From the NCBI GenBank assembly GCA_003022865.1, contig PXSK01000009.1, forward strand, positions 16,274 through 80,273: a stretch of DNA of 64,000 bases, read 5' to 3'. Both the position numbers and the translations under genes were made by a program. The notes under the pieces are model-generated. The model ran no database searches and was not told the origin of the DNA. It was given only the letters and a program-made list of their open reading frames with translations. Positions 48,353 through 58,836 of the stretch are shown one piece after another (positions within the stretch are counted from its first letter, which is position 1; each line of letters begins with the position of its first letter). The stretch comes from Halobacteriales archaeon SW_5_70_135 (GTDB lineage Archaea > Halobacteriota > Halobacteria > Halobacteriales > SW-7-71-33).

Positions 48353-49504
48353 ATGCCCGAGGGTGACGCGCCGTCGGCGGCGCCCCCGCTCGACCTCCCC
48401 GAGGACGTGTTCGTCGTCTACCGCGCTCTCACCGACGGCGACAGGCGCCTCTACTTCGGCGTGCGTCTGGGGTCACAGGGAGCGGTCGAGCAGCAGGTCA
48501 CCCGTACGTTCGGCGCCGCCGACTACGAGGTGCGCTGTACGTCGGCCGACTCCGTCGACGTCGAGGCGGCCGACGACGTCGTCGCCCGAGACGTCGTCGT
48601 CGTCGAACCGAGCGAGGTCGGCGTCGACGGCGTGCCGTGGACGAACGTGGGACTGTTCCTGGCGACGGTCCTCTCGACGCTGTACGCCGGCAGCCTCTGG
48701 TACCACATCGACCTCTCAAACCCCCTCAGTGCCGTGCGGGCGTGGCCGTTCACGCTCGCGATCGTGAGCGTGCTCGGCGTCCACGAGATGGGACACTACC
48801 TGTTCAGCCGCTATCACGGCGTCAACGCGACACTACCGTACTTCATTCCCGTGCCGACGCTGATCGGCACGATGGGCGCTGTCATCAGGATGAAAGGCCG
48901 CATCCCCGACCGGGAGGCGCTGTTCGACATCGGCGTCGCCGGGCCGATCGCCGGGCTCGTGGCGACGGTCGTCGTCACCACCGTCGGGCTCTACCTCGAT
49001 CCCGTCACCATTCCGGAGGCAGTGCGGACCGACCCCGACGCCGTCCGCGTGGAGATCGGCTTCCCGCCGCTGATGTACGTCCTCTCGTGGCTCACCGGCC
49101 AGCCGCTCACCTACCCCGAGGGACAGGCGGTCAACCCCGTCGTCATCGGCGGCTGGGTCGGCATGTTCGTCACCTTCCTCAACCTCATTCCCGTCGGGCA
49201 GCTCGACGGCGGACACGTCCTGCGGGCGATCCTCGGCAGTCGTTACGAGCGCTACGCCGCGCTGGTACCGGGCGCGCTGTTCGCGCTGGCCGCGTACGTC
49301 GAGTTCGTCCGTGACGCCCCCGGCAACGCCGCTCTCGTCTGGGTCGTCTGGGGTGTCATCGCGACGTTCCTGTCGTTCGCCGGCTCCGTTCGCCCCGTCG
49401 ACGACGCGGAGCCGCTCGACCGCCGGCGCGTCGCCGTCGGCCTGCTCACGCTCGTACTGGGGTTGCTCTGTTTCACGCCCGTTCCGATCGCGGTGATCCA
49501 GTGA
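48353..49504 (+). CDS. Site-2 protease family (peptidase M50) membrane metalloprotease
   Basis: It has HEMGHYLF (HExxH), NLIPVGQLDGGHV (NxxPxxxLDG) and multiple TM helices. Confidence 0.85.
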   Translation: MPEGDAPSAAPPLDLPEDVFVVYRALTDGDRRLYFGVRLGSQGAVEQQVTRTFGAADYEVRCTSADSVDVEAADDVVARDVVVVEPSEVGVDGVPWTNVGLFLATVLSTLYAGSLWYHIDLSNPLSAVRAWPFTLAIVSVLGVHEMGHYLFSRYHGVNATLPYFIPVPTLIGTMGAVIRMKGRIPDREALFDIGVAGPIAGLVATVVVTTVGLYLDPVTIPEAVRTDPDAVRVEIGFPPLMYVLSWLTGQPLTYPEGQAVNPVVIGGWVGMFVTFLNLIPVGQLDGGHVLRAILGSRYERYAALVPGALFALAAYVEFVRDAPGNAALVWVVWGVIATFLSFAGSVRPVDDAEPLDRRRVAVGLLTLVLGLLCFTPVPIAVIQ

Positions 49505-49513
49505 GCCGGTCGC

Positions 49514-50449
49514 CTAGCTCGAACCGTCCCCGTCGGCCCCGTGGGTGTACCCCCGGTCCGGCAGCGGCTCGCCGTCCATGGTCACCCCCGTCTCGGTGAC
49601 GCGACCGAGCTCGGTGACCGCGACGGGCGAGGCCTCACGGACCGCCGACAGACGCTCGTCGGGAACCGCGAACAGCAGTTCGAAGTCCTCGCCGACGAAC
49701 GTCGCCGCCTCACAGCGGTCGGCCGCGCCGGCGACGACCTCGTCGACGGCGGAGTGGACCGGTAGGCGGTCGCCGTCGACGGTCACGCCGCAGCCGCTCG
49801 CGGCCGCGAGCATGTGGGCGGAGCGGGCCAGCCCGTCGCTCACGTCGAGTGCCGCCGTCGCGTGCTCGGCGATCGCCCGTCCCGTCGCGACCCGTGGCGT
49901 GAACCGGAACAGCTCGTTCGCGCGCCGGCGGTCTTGGTCCCGGCTCTCGTCCGCCGACCTCTCGCCGTCGGCCCGCTCGAACAGCCCGAGTGCGGCCGCG
50001 GTGCGCCCCAGCTCGCCCGTGACGCAGAGTCGCTCGCCGGGGGTTACGCCCGACCGGGTGAGCGCCGCCGTCCCGTCGAGTCGGCCCACGGCCGTCGTCG
50101 CCACCGTCAGCTCGTCGTGTGCGTCGAGGTCGCCGCCGACGTACCTCGCCCCGACCCGCTCGCAGACGTCCGTGGCGCCGTCGAAAAAGCCACCGAGGGC
50201 GTCGGCCTCGAAGGCGGGGGCGCCGTAGGCGGCCACCGCCGCGACCGCCCGTGCGCCCGTCGCCGCCAGGTCCGACAGCGAGACCGCCACCGAGCGCCAG
50301 CCGACCGTGTACGGCGTGACGCCGTCTGGCAGGTCCGTCCGCTCGTGGAGCATGTCCGTCGTGACCGCGAGGTCGTCGACGACGGCGGCGTCGTCGCCGG
50401 TGTCCGGGACGACGTCGGCCACGAGCGCCAGCGCCGCCCGTTCGTCCAT
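49514..50449 (-). CDS. thiL: Thiamine-monophosphate kinase
   Basis: It follows the AIR-synthase-related pattern: GDDAAVV...TTDMLHERTD, VAVSLSDLAATGA, GGDL and DVSDGLA. Confidence 0.85.
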   Translation of the reverse strand: MDERAALALVADVVPDTGDDAAVVDDLAVTTDMLHERTDLPDGVTPYTVGWRSVAVSLSDLAATGARAVAAVAAYGAPAFEADALGGFFDGATDVCERVGARYVGGDLDAHDELTVATTAVGRLDGTAALTRSGVTPGERLCVTGELGRTAAALGLFERADGERSADESRDQDRRRANELFRFTPRVATGRAIAEHATAALDVSDGLARSAHMLAAASGCGVTVDGDRLPVHSAVDEVVAGAADRCEAATFVGEDFELLFAVPDERLSAVREASPVAVTELGRVTETGVTMDGEPLPDRGYTHGADGDGSS

Positions 50450-51242
50450 GTGTACGCTGTGGTCGCCCCCGACAAGTTCGTTGGCATCGACCGCGGGCGT
50501 GTCTCTCGATCCTGTCGGGGTCGCTTACGAAACTCTCGGAGTGTTCTCATCGGTCGTGTCGGCTGCTCTCGGTCCTGCTGTGTAGACCTACAAAGCCCTC
50601 GGCGCGCGCTCCGCAACCGACACTCTCGATCCTACTACGATGGCTTCCGAAGCCCTCGGCACAGCCTTCGCGCGCCTCTGTACGGGTCGGCCGGGCGTCC
50701 AGGCGCTGGGCGCGCGACTGACGCGCGAGGTTCTCACGACCACGAGCGCGGCGAGTGAGAGCGAGAACGTCGCAGCGGCGAGGCCCTACGCGCCGCCGGC
50801 AGCCGGCGCTCACGAGAGCGTCGCTCTCGTGAGCCGAGCGGAACCCGAAGAGTGCTGATGACGTTCGTCAGAGCGGAGCTCTGACGGGCCAACCGGAACC
50901 CTGCGGGTTCTGGTGACGCCGGAGGCGCCGGCGACGACGAGCGTCACGAGTCCGACCGTCTCTCCGTGGACGAGTGAGTGAGCGCAGCGGGCGAACGAGG
51001 AAGCTGGGGAGGACGAGGCGAGGCAGCGGGCGGCCGGGTGGGACCGAAAGGGGCCGGCCTGGTGCGGGCGCGTCGGGACGCAAGCACTACAGTGAGCGAA
51101 GCGAACGGAGCGCACAGCGAGCGAGGTGTCCGCACCAGGCCGGGGGCTTTCAGGGCATACCCCGGACGGACACGATCGACTGGGACGAAGAGTAGTGAGC
51201 CGCACCCGGGAGTCTTTAGTCGGGGCGTGTCCACGCTTCGAT
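50450..51242. other. Non-coding spacer of about 790 bp, dense in hairpins and short dispersed repeats, upstream of polB
   Basis: It contains a 27-nt palindrome at 50808-50834, hairpins at 50866-50886, 50893-50913 and 51126-51173, three purine-rich GAGCGA-type motifs (about 50749, 50961, 51091), and duplicated ctctcgatcct and aagccctcggc words. Only Arg/Gly-rich shadow ORFs are present. Confidence 0.7.
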
Positions 51243-54200
51243 ATGACCGATTCGGGGCAGACGGACCTCGGCGGATTCGGGGACACCGGGGACGAAAGCG
51301 TGGAGAGCGACCGCGACGCGGCGGCGGAGGCCCGGGCGGTCGCCGGGCCGGGTCAGGACACGGACCGCGTCGTCGACCCCGACCGCGAGGCCGTGCCCGA
51401 GGCGACGGGCACCGTCGAGATGGCCGTCACGCAGGTCGACTACACCGTCGTCGGCAGCGGCCGCGACGAGCGACCGATCGTCCACGTCTTCGGTCGGACC
51501 GCCGACCGGGAGCGCGAGCACGTGAAGGTGCTCGGCTTCCGGCCGTACTTCTACGCGCCGACGGCGACGCTGTCGGACGAGAAGCTGGACCACGACCGGA
51601 TCACCGGCTGGGAGGAGACCGACGAGGACGGCGAGCCGTACGAGTCGATCCGAGGGGAGCATCTGACGAAAATATTCGCCCGGACGCCGCGTGACGTCGG
51701 GCAGATGCGCGACGAATTCGACCACTACGAGGCGGACATCCTGTTCCCGAACCGTCTGCTCATCGACAAGGACATCCGCGGCGCCGTCCATGTGCCGGAG
51801 CGTCGTGACGACGACGGGACGATCCTCGTCCCACACGAGGAAGTCCGGGGCGGCGACGTGAGCGTCGCGCCGCGGGTGCTGACGCTCGACATCGAGGTGG
51901 ACGACCGCCGGGGGTTCCCGGAGGACGGCGAGGAGCCGATCGTCTGCATGACGACCCACGACTCCTACGACGACGAGTACGTGCTGTGGCTGTACGAGGC
52001 GCCGGACTGGGACGGAAGCACGGGCGTCGACGACGCGGCACGGGGGACGGTCACCGACGGCGGTGCCGCGAGCACGAACGGCCGGGCCGGGGACGATTCC
52101 GAGCCGGACGCCGACCTCGACCCGCGACTCGCGGACTACGAGCCGATCCGCGGCGAGATCGACGTCGACGTGCGCACGTTCGAGGAGGAGGCGGCGATGC
52201 TCGACGCCCTGGCGATGTATGTCGAACGAAAGGGCCAGGACGTCATGACGGGCTGGAATTTTGAAGATTTTGATATGCCGTACCTCCTCGACAGAATGGA
52301 GGAGTTGGACGGTCGAGCCGGCGTCGACCGTGACCTCTCCGTCGAGCGACTCTCCCGCATCGACGAGGTGTGGCGCTCGGGCTGGGGCGGCCCGGACGTG
52401 AAGGGCCGCGTCGTCTTCGACCTGCTGTACGCCTACAAGCGGACGCAGTTCACCGAACTGGAGTCGTACCGGCTCGACGCCGTCGGCGAGATGGACAACC
52501 TGCGAGACGTCGAACTCTGCGTGGAGATCGACCGCGAGCAGGACGTCATCCCGTTCTGGATGGAGGTCGCCTCCTTCGTCGGCTGTCTGCTGGAGGACGC
52601 CCCTACGCCCGGCGACGCCGTCGACCTGTACGTGCTCCACGAGGCCCACGGGGAGTTCGCCCTGCCCTCGAAGGGCCGACAGGAGTCCGAGGAGTTCGAG
52701 GGTGGCGCCGTCTTCGACCCGATCTCGGGGGTGCGGGAGAACGTCTCGGTGCTCGACCTGAAGTGCTTCAGCGGCGATACGGACGTTCTCACACCCGACG
52801 GCGTCCGCAACGTCCGCGAGCTGGAGGTCGGCGATCCGATCTACACGCTCGACCCGGAGACGTTCGAGTGTGAGGTGAAACCGGTCGCCGAGACCCACGA
52901 GTACCACAATCGGTACGGTGAGTTGCACCACCTGAGCGGGAACACGCACGACCTCAAGATCACCGAGAACCACCGGCTGCTGGTCTCGAAGGAGCGCGGC
53001 TGGGACGACCGGACGCCCGACGACTTCGAGTTCAGCGAGTACCGGAACGTTCCGGAAACCGAGCGGTTCGCGTTCCCGACCCACGAGCCGATGGACGGCG
53101 CCGTTCGAGACGAGTTCCGGCTGTACGAGCACGTCGAGGGCGGACACGCCGTCGTCTACGCACACGACGGACTGACGGCGCTCCGTGCGGCGGTGCCGGC
53201 CGGCATCGAGTCGGAACTGGACTGGGCGAACGGGACCTCCAGGCTCGCCGCCACCGAGGAGAAGACGGGGAAGTACCTGGTCCCGATCGAGACGTACCGT
53301 CAGCACCGGGAGCAGATCGAGGCGCAGGCCGACGAGGTGTTCCTGAAGTACGACCGCGGCCACGCGGAGACGCCGTTGTCGTTCGACACGGACGACTGGC
53401 TCGAACTCGTCGGCTGGTTCGTCACCGAGGGGAGCTACGTCCGCGAGTCCCCCGGGATCGTGCTCCACCAGCAGGACGAGGACGGACGAGCGGCGATCCG
53501 CGACCTGCTCGAACGAACGGGATTGAACCACAGCAGCGACGACGACCGATTCCAGATCTCGAATCGGTTCCTCCACGATTGGTTCCAGCAGCACTGCGGT
53601 GACGGCCACGCGGAGAAACACCTCCCGGAGTGGGTGTTCGAGCTCGACGCGGGCCACCTGCGGGGGCTGCTAGAGACGCTCGTCGACGGGGACGGTAGTC
53701 GAGCCGACAGCGGACTGCGGAAGTTCTGGACCAGAAGCGACCGGCTGAAGCGGGACGTCGCCCGACTCGCGGTGCGGTGTGGCGAGAAGCCGACGGTTTC
53801 GAAGCAGGGTGACGGAACGTGGTACGTCTCGATCGGCAAGCGAGGCTCGTTCAACCGGAGTGTGAACGCCACCATGGAGGAGCACGACGAGACCGTCCAC
53901 TGCGTCACCGCCGAGGACAACCACGTGGTTCTCGCCGGTCGGAACGGGCAGTTCCAGTGGGTCGGGCAGTCGCTGTACCCAATGTCGATGGTGACGATCA
54001 ACGCCTCGCCGGAGACCCGCGTCGGCGAGGAGTACGACGACCCCACCTACCGTGCCCCCAACGGCCAGCGGTTCCGAGAGGAACCGGACGGCATGATCCG
54101 GACGATGGTGGACGAACTGCTCGAAGAGCGAGAGGTCAAGAAGGACGCCCGCGACGACTACGAGCCGAACAGCGAGAGGTACGAGCGATACGACCGCCAG

Positions 54201-57200
54201 CAGGCTGCTGTCAAGGTAATTATGAACTGCTTCACGCCGGACACGGACGTGCTCACCCCCGACGGCGTGCGGAACGTCCGCGATCTCGAAGTCGGCGACG
54301 AGGTGTACTCCCTCGACCCGGACACGATGGAGATGGAGCTAAAGCCCGTCGAGGAGACCCACGAGTATCCCGACTACCGCGGCGAGCTGATCGACATCGA
54401 GACCGGCAAGATCGACCTCCGGGTGACGCCGAACCACCGGATGCTCGTTCGGAAGGCCGAAACGAACGGGATCGCGTGGGACGAGGACGAGTACCGCTTC
54501 GTCGAGGCGGGCGACCTCGACGATGCGACGAACTACCAGCTCCCGCACGGCTGGGATGGACCCGACGGTACGGAACTCGATAGGGTGGATCTGACTGAGT
54601 TACTCGACGGAGAGTACGAGGTGTGGGCCAACAACGACGTACACGGTCACACGCTCGCGGCAGAGGTGGGACAGTATCCCGACAAGGTGGTCCGCCAGGC
54701 AGTCGACGACACGGGGTACGTCTTCTCCGCGGAGGAATTCGCGGCCAACCGTGAGTACCTCGACGAGGACTGCTCGGAGTTCTACGTCCACGGCGAGCGT
54801 GGACGCAAGTGGATACCGAGATGCTACGACGGAGACGACTTTCTCGAACTGCTCGCCTGGTACATCACGGAGGGGAACGTACACACGTCCACCGAAAAGC
54901 AGTTTGGAGACAACTTCCGAGGCAGTTCGACAACGATAAATATCGCTCAGGAGGCGATCCCGGACGGGGGACAGGGCGACGACCACGCCGCCATCGGTGA
55001 ACTCCTGGAGCGTATGGGATTCGAGCCGTACAGCGATCAGCGAGGCTACCAGTTCACCTCGAAGCTGCTCGGGGAGTGGCTCGAAGGCAACTGCGGTGCC
55101 GACAGCTTTGAGAAGCGGATCCCCGAGTTCGTGTTCGATCTCACCCGGCGGCAGAAACGGCACTTCCTCGAGACGCTCATCGCGGGCGACGGTGACCGGC
55201 AACGGAACTCCTGGCGATACAGCACCGCGAGCGAGGAGCTACGAGACGACGTGCTCCGACTCTGTGTCCATCTCGGTCTCACGGCCAATTACGGTGAGGA
55301 CAGTGACGTCTACCGGATCCACGTCACAGAGGATACGAAGAACACGCTCCGGATGCACCGCAGCGCAGGCCGGAGCACCGCCGAGGACGGCGTTTACTGC
55401 GTCACGGTCGCCGACAACCACACGCTACTGGCCGGACGGAACGGCACGTTTCAGTTCGTCGGTCAGTCGCTCTACGGCGTTCTTGGATGGGATCGCTTCC
55501 GCCTGTACGACAAGGACATGGGTGCCGCCGTAACCGCAACAGGTCGTTCGGTTATCGACTTTACCGAGGAGGTGTCCAGTGAGATGGGCTACCAGGTGAC
55601 CTACGGCGACAGCGTGACGGGTGATCGGCCGGTCATGGTCCGCGACCCAGGCGATCGAGTCCAGATCACTCCCATCGAGAGTCTGTACGAGCAGGTGGCA
55701 ACAGATACCGAGCCGGATCTGCTGATCACGGCCGACGGCGGGGCGGTCGCCAAGACGACCGTAGGTAAGGAACGAGCCACTCCCGACGGCTGGGAGGCGT
55801 TGTCAATGAACGAGCGAGGTGAGGCGGAGTGGCAGCCGATAGAGGAAGTGATACGTCACGAGACCGACAAAGAGGTGGTCAACCTCCAGCACGAGTTCGG
55901 AGAGTCGACGACGACGACGGATCACTCGTTCGTCGTCAGCGACGACGGCGGGTTCACCGAGGCCTCCCCAAAGGAGGTTGACGAACCACTTCGTATTCCG
56001 GGGGTTCCGGCGGTCGAAACTGCGGAGGCAGTCGACCTGTACGAGGTGCTAAACGGGTACACGAGAGAGTATGGGGACGGGCGTAGCGTCGGGTCGGAGA
56101 ACGCGGAGACAAAGGTGAAGCGAGTCCACACGGACGGAGAGCGTGTCTGGTTCGGACACGAGCATCATCACGACCTCGACGAGACCGTTACCCTGCGACG
56201 CCACGTCGACCTCGACGGAGAGGACGGCGTATCTCTTGTACGACTGCTCGCGGCGTACGCCGCGGAGGGCAGCGCGTCGACGATAGAGACGACCGACTCA
56301 AAGTTCGGCGCGAGTATAGCCTCCTCGGACCGCGAGTGGCTGGAGACGCTGCAGGAGGACTATCATCGGCTGTTCGACGGGGCGATCGCCAGTATCACTG
56401 CGAGCGACGCCGATGACGAACGCCGTCTGGAGGACGGCGAGGACGGCGAAACCACCTACGAGGACACGACGGAGAAGCTCCAGATGATGAACGAGCTTTC
56501 GGCGGTGTTCTTCCGGGAGTTCGCCGGACAGACCTCCCGTGGGAAGCAAGTTCCGTCACTCGTCTACCACCTGTCGGACGATCTCCAACGACTGTTCGTC
56601 GAGACACTCGTCGAAGGTGACGGCTCACGGAAGTTCCGTCGGTACACGGGGGAGGACAGCGAGCGGAACTTCGACTACGAGACGGCGAGCCGAGAGCTCG
56701 CTGCGGGTCTGTCGATGCTGTTGACCCAGCGCGACCGAAAGCACTCGCTGAAGTACCGTGACGAAAAAGAAAGATACACGATCCGCACGTGCGACTACTA
56801 CCGCTCTGAACGCGATCTCGTGATTCGAGAAGTCGTCCACGACGGCTACGTCTACGACCTCAGCGTCGCAGAGAACGAGAACTTCGTCGACGCAGTCGGC
56901 GGAATCGTGCTCCACAACACGGACTCAGTGATGCTCGAACTCGGTCCGGACGTCTCGAAGGAAGAGGCCATCGAGCAGTCCTTCGAGATCGAGGAGCGGA
57001 TCAACGAGTCGTACGACGAGTTCGCCAGCGGGCAGTTGAACGCCGAGACGCACCGCTTCGAGATCGAGTTCGAGAAGCTCTACCGTCGGTTCTTCCAGGC
57101 GGGCAAGAAAAAGCGGTACGCCGGTCACACCGTCTGGAAGGAGGGAAACGACGTCGACGACATCGACATCACCGGCTTCGAGTACAAGCGCAGCGACATC

Positions 57201-57749
57201 GCGCCGGTCACGAAGAAGGTCCAGCAGGAGGTCATCCAGAAGATCGTCCACGGCGGGGACCGCGAGGCGGTGAAGGAGTACGTCGCCGGCGTCGTCGACG
57301 ACTTCCAGGCCGGCGAGATGGACCTCGACGACGTCGGTATCCCGGGCGGCATCGGCAAGCGACTGGACGCCTACGAGACCGACACCGCCCAGGTGCGGGG
57401 CGCGAAGTACGCCAACCTCCTCCTGGGGACGAACTTCGGGCGCGGCTCGAAGCCCAAACGGGTCTACCTGGAGAAAAACGGCGTCCACCCGGACTACTTC
57501 CAGCGGATCGACGAGGACGTCCAGGGGGACGCCTGGTACGACGACTTCCGCGAGGACGTCTCCGAGGGGAACGGCGTCGTCTGCTTCGAGTACTCGGACC
57601 AGGTGCCCGAGGAGTTCCAGGTCGACTGGGAGAAGATGCTCACGAAGACACTGAAGAAACCGATCAGCCCACTAATCGAGGCGATCGGGCTCTCATGGGA
57701 CGAAGTAGTCAACGATCACGACCAGAGCGGCCTGGGCGACTTCATGTGA
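51243..57749 (+). CDS. polB: Family B DNA polymerase (PolB1) interrupted by three inteins
   Basis: Motifs present: Exo I LTLDIEV, Exo [15 protein letters not shown], motif A VLDLK|SLYP, motif B KVIMN|SLYGV and motif C YGD|TDS. The ATG at 51243 ([13 protein letters not shown]) lies inside track ORF 51126..57749. Confidence 0.92.
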   Translation: MTDSGQTDLGGFGDTGDESVESDRDAAAEARAVAGPGQDTDRVVDPDREAVPEATGTVEMAVTQVDYTVVGSGRDERPIVHVFGRTADREREHVKVLGFRPYFYAPTATLSDEKLDHDRITGWEETDEDGEPYESIRGEHLTKIFARTPRDVGQMRDEFDHYEADILFPNRLLIDKDIRGAVHVPERRDDDGTILVPHEEVRGGDVSVAPRVLTLDIEVDDRRGFPEDGEEPIVCMTTHDSYDDEYVLWLYEAPDWDGSTGVDDAARGTVTDGGAASTNGRAGDDSEPDADLDPRLADYEPIRGEIDVDVRTFEEEAAMLDALAMYVERKGQDVMTGWNFEDFDMPYLLDRMEELDGRAGVDRDLSVERLSRIDEVWRSGWGGPDVKGRVVFDLLYAYKRTQFTELESYRLDAVGEMDNLRDVELCVEIDREQDVIPFWMEVASFVGCLLEDAPTPGDAVDLYVLHEAHGEFALPSKGRQESEEFEGGAVFDPISGVRENVSVLDLKCFSGDTDVLTPDGVRNVRELEVGDPIYTLDPETFECEVKPVAETHEYHNRYGELHHLSGNTHDLKITENHRLLVSKERGWDDRTPDDFEFSEYRNVPETERFAFPTHEPMDGAVRDEFRLYEHVEGGHAVVYAHDGLTALRAAVPAGIESELDWANGTSRLAATEEKTGKYLVPIETYRQHREQIEAQADEVFLKYDRGHAETPLSFDTDDWLELVGWFVTEGSYVRESPGIVLHQQDEDGRAAIRDLLERTGLNHSSDDDRFQISNRFLHDWFQQHCGDGHAEKHLPEWVFELDAGHLRGLLETLVDGDGSRADSGLRKFWTRSDRLKRDVARLAVRCGEKPTVSKQGDGTWYVSIGKRGSFNRSVNATMEEHDETVHCVTAEDNHVVLAGRNGQFQWVGQSLYPMSMVTINASPETRVGEEYDDPTYRAPNGQRFREEPDGMIRTMVDELLEEREVKKDARDDYEPNSERYERYDRQQAAVKVIMNCFTPDTDVLTPDGVRNVRDLEVGDEVYSLDPDTMEMELKPVEETHEYPDYRGELIDIETGKIDLRVTPNHRMLVRKAETNGIAWDEDEYRFVEAGDLDDATNYQLPHGWDGPDGTELDRVDLTELLDGEYEVWANNDVHGHTLAAEVGQYPDKVVRQAVDDTGYVFSAEEFAANREYLDEDCSEFYVHGERGRKWIPRCYDGDDFLELLAWYITEGNVHTSTEKQFGDNFRGSSTTINIAQEAIPDGGQGDDHAAIGELLERMGFEPYSDQRGYQFTSKLLGEWLEGNCGADSFEKRIPEFVFDLTRRQKRHFLETLIAGDGDRQRNSWRYSTASEELRDDVLRLCVHLGLTANYGEDSDVYRIHVTEDTKNTLRMHRSAGRSTAEDGVYCVTVADNHTLLAGRNGTFQFVGQSLYGVLGWDRFRLYDKDMGAAVTATGRSVIDFTEEVSSEMGYQVTYGDSVTGDRPVMVRDPGDRVQITPIESLYEQVATDTEPDLLITADGGAVAKTTVGKERATPDGWEALSMNERGEAEWQPIEEVIRHETDKEVVNLQHEFGESTTTTDHSFVVSDDGGFTEASPKEVDEPLRIPGVPAVETAEAVDLYEVLNGYTREYGDGRSVGSENAETKVKRVHTDGERVWFGHEHHHDLDETVTLRRHVDLDGEDGVSLVRLLAAYAAEGSASTIETTDSKFGASIASSDREWLETLQEDYHRLFDGAIASITASDADDERRLEDGEDGETTYEDTTEKLQMMNELSAVFFREFAGQTSRGKQVPSLVYHLSDDLQRLFVETLVEGDGSRKFRRYTGEDSERNFDYETASRELAAGLSMLLTQRDRKHSLKYRDEKERYTIRTCDYYRSERDLVIREVVHDGYVYDLSVAENENFVDAVGGIVLHNTDSVMLELGPDVSKEEAIEQSFEIEERINESYDEFASGQLNAETHRFEIEFEKLYRRFFQAGKKKRYAGHTVWKEGNDVDDIDITGFEYKRSDIAPVTKKVQQEVIQKIVHGGDREAVKEYVAGVVDDFQAGEMDLDDVGIPGGIGKRLDAYETDTAQVRGAKYANLLLGTNFGRGSKPKRVYLEKNGVHPDYFQRIDEDVQGDAWYDDFREDVSEGNGVVCFEYSDQVPEEFQVDWEKMLTKTLKKPISPLIEAIGLSWDEVVNDHDQSGLGDFM
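52764..53969 (+). mobile_element. polB intein a (motif A site), LAGLIDADG type, C-terminal Gln
   Basis: It starts [17 protein letters not shown]. Blocks are [14 protein letters not shown] and [12 protein letters not shown]. It ends [25 protein letters not shown]|SLYP. Confidence 0.88.
54228..55466 (+). mobile_element. polB intein b (motif B site), LAGLIDADG type, C-terminal Gln; a paralogue of intein a
   Basis: It starts [17 protein letters not shown]. Blocks are [14 protein letters not shown] and [12 protein letters not shown]. It ends [25 protein letters not shown]|SLYG. Confidence 0.88.
55611..56918 (+). mobile_element. polB intein c (motif C YGD|TDS site), Ser1 intein with LAGLIDADG domain
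   Basis: It starts [15 protein letters not shown]. Blocks are [22 protein letters not shown] and [12 protein letters not shown]. It ends [23 protein letters not shown]|TDS. Confidence 0.88.
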
Positions 57750-57870
57750 CGGCCGCCCGTCGACGCCCGACCCGAACGATCGAAAAGTAATTTTTGTTCT
57801 TCGAAAAACGGCGATAGGCGTATCCGAAAGCATTATGCGTGGCTCGACCCTGATTTCGAACGACCGGACC

Positions 57871-58794
57871 ATGGCGACGATAGAGATAGAGAACCTACAG
57901 GCCGAGGTCACGGAGACCGGCGAGTCGATCCTCCGCGGGGTCGACCTCACCGTGGCGTCGGACGAGATCCACGCACTGATGGGGCCGAACGGCAGCGGGA
58001 AGTCGACCCTGGCGAAGGTCATCGCCGGCCACCCCTCCTACGAGGTGACCGGGGGGACGCTGACGCTCACGCTGTCGGGCGAGGAGTTCGACGAGCCGGT
58101 GCCCGAAGAGAGGCGAGAGTGGGATCTGCTCGAGTTGGAGCCGAACGAGCGCGCCGCGCTGGGCGTGTACCTCGGCTTCCAGTACCCCGCCGAGATCGAG
58201 GGCGTGACGATGGTGAACTTCCTCCGCACGGCGCTGAACGCGAAGCTGGAGGAACGCGAGGAGCTGTTCGAGGACGAGGAGGGCGACGCGGAGGCCGACC
58301 CGGAGGAGACCCAGGAGGACGCCGCCGGCTACGAGTCGAGCCCGATGGAGGGTCCCGCCGACGAGGGCGAGGTCGGCGTCGCGGAGTTCCAGCAGCTGCT
58401 TCGCGAGAAGATGGAACTGCTCGACATGGACGAGCGCTTCGCCGAGCGCTACCTCAACGCCGGCTTCTCCGGCGGCGAGAAGAAGCAGAACGAGGTGCTC
58501 CAGGCGGCGATCCTGGAGCCGGAGATCGCCGTGCTGGACGAGATCGACTCCGGGCTGGACATCGACCGTCTGCAGGACGTCTCCGTCGGCATCAACGCCC
58601 TGCGCGACGAACAGGGGTCGGGCGTACTGATGATCACCCACTACCAGCGCATCCTCGACTACGTCCAGCCCGACCACGTCCACGTGATGCTCGACGGCCA
58701 GGTGGCACTCGACGGCGGTCCCGACCTCGCCGAGAAGCTCGAAGACGAGGGGTACGACTGGGTCCGCGAGGAGACGTTCGAGGCCGCCGACTGA
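57871..58794 (+). CDS. sufC: Fe-S cluster assembly ATPase SufC (with an acidic insertion)
   Basis: Walker [13 protein letters not shown] signature FSGGEKK and Walker [12 protein letters not shown]. The ATG is at 57871. Confidence 0.92.
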   Translation: MATIEIENLQAEVTETGESILRGVDLTVASDEIHALMGPNGSGKSTLAKVIAGHPSYEVTGGTLTLTLSGEEFDEPVPEERREWDLLELEPNERAALGVYLGFQYPAEIEGVTMVNFLRTALNAKLEEREELFEDEEGDAEADPEETQEDAAGYESSPMEGPADEGEVGVAEFQQLLREKMELLDMDERFAERYLNAGFSGGEKKQNEVLQAAILEPEIAVLDEIDSGLDIDRLQDVSVGINALRDEQGSGVLMITHYQRILDYVQPDHVHVMLDGQVALDGGPDLAEKLEDEGYDWVREETFEAAD

Positions 58795-58836
58795 ACCGAG
58801 TGAAAGACACAAGAGGACACGCACACAACGACACAC

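Noticed and set aside
50985-51060. cgaggaagctgggga and the surrounding GC-rich helices as a possible RNase P or SRP RNA.
   Set aside because: The match to RNase P CR-I (GAGGAAAGUCC) is only partial. The other universally conserved RNase P or SRP helix-8 motifs are not present nearby.
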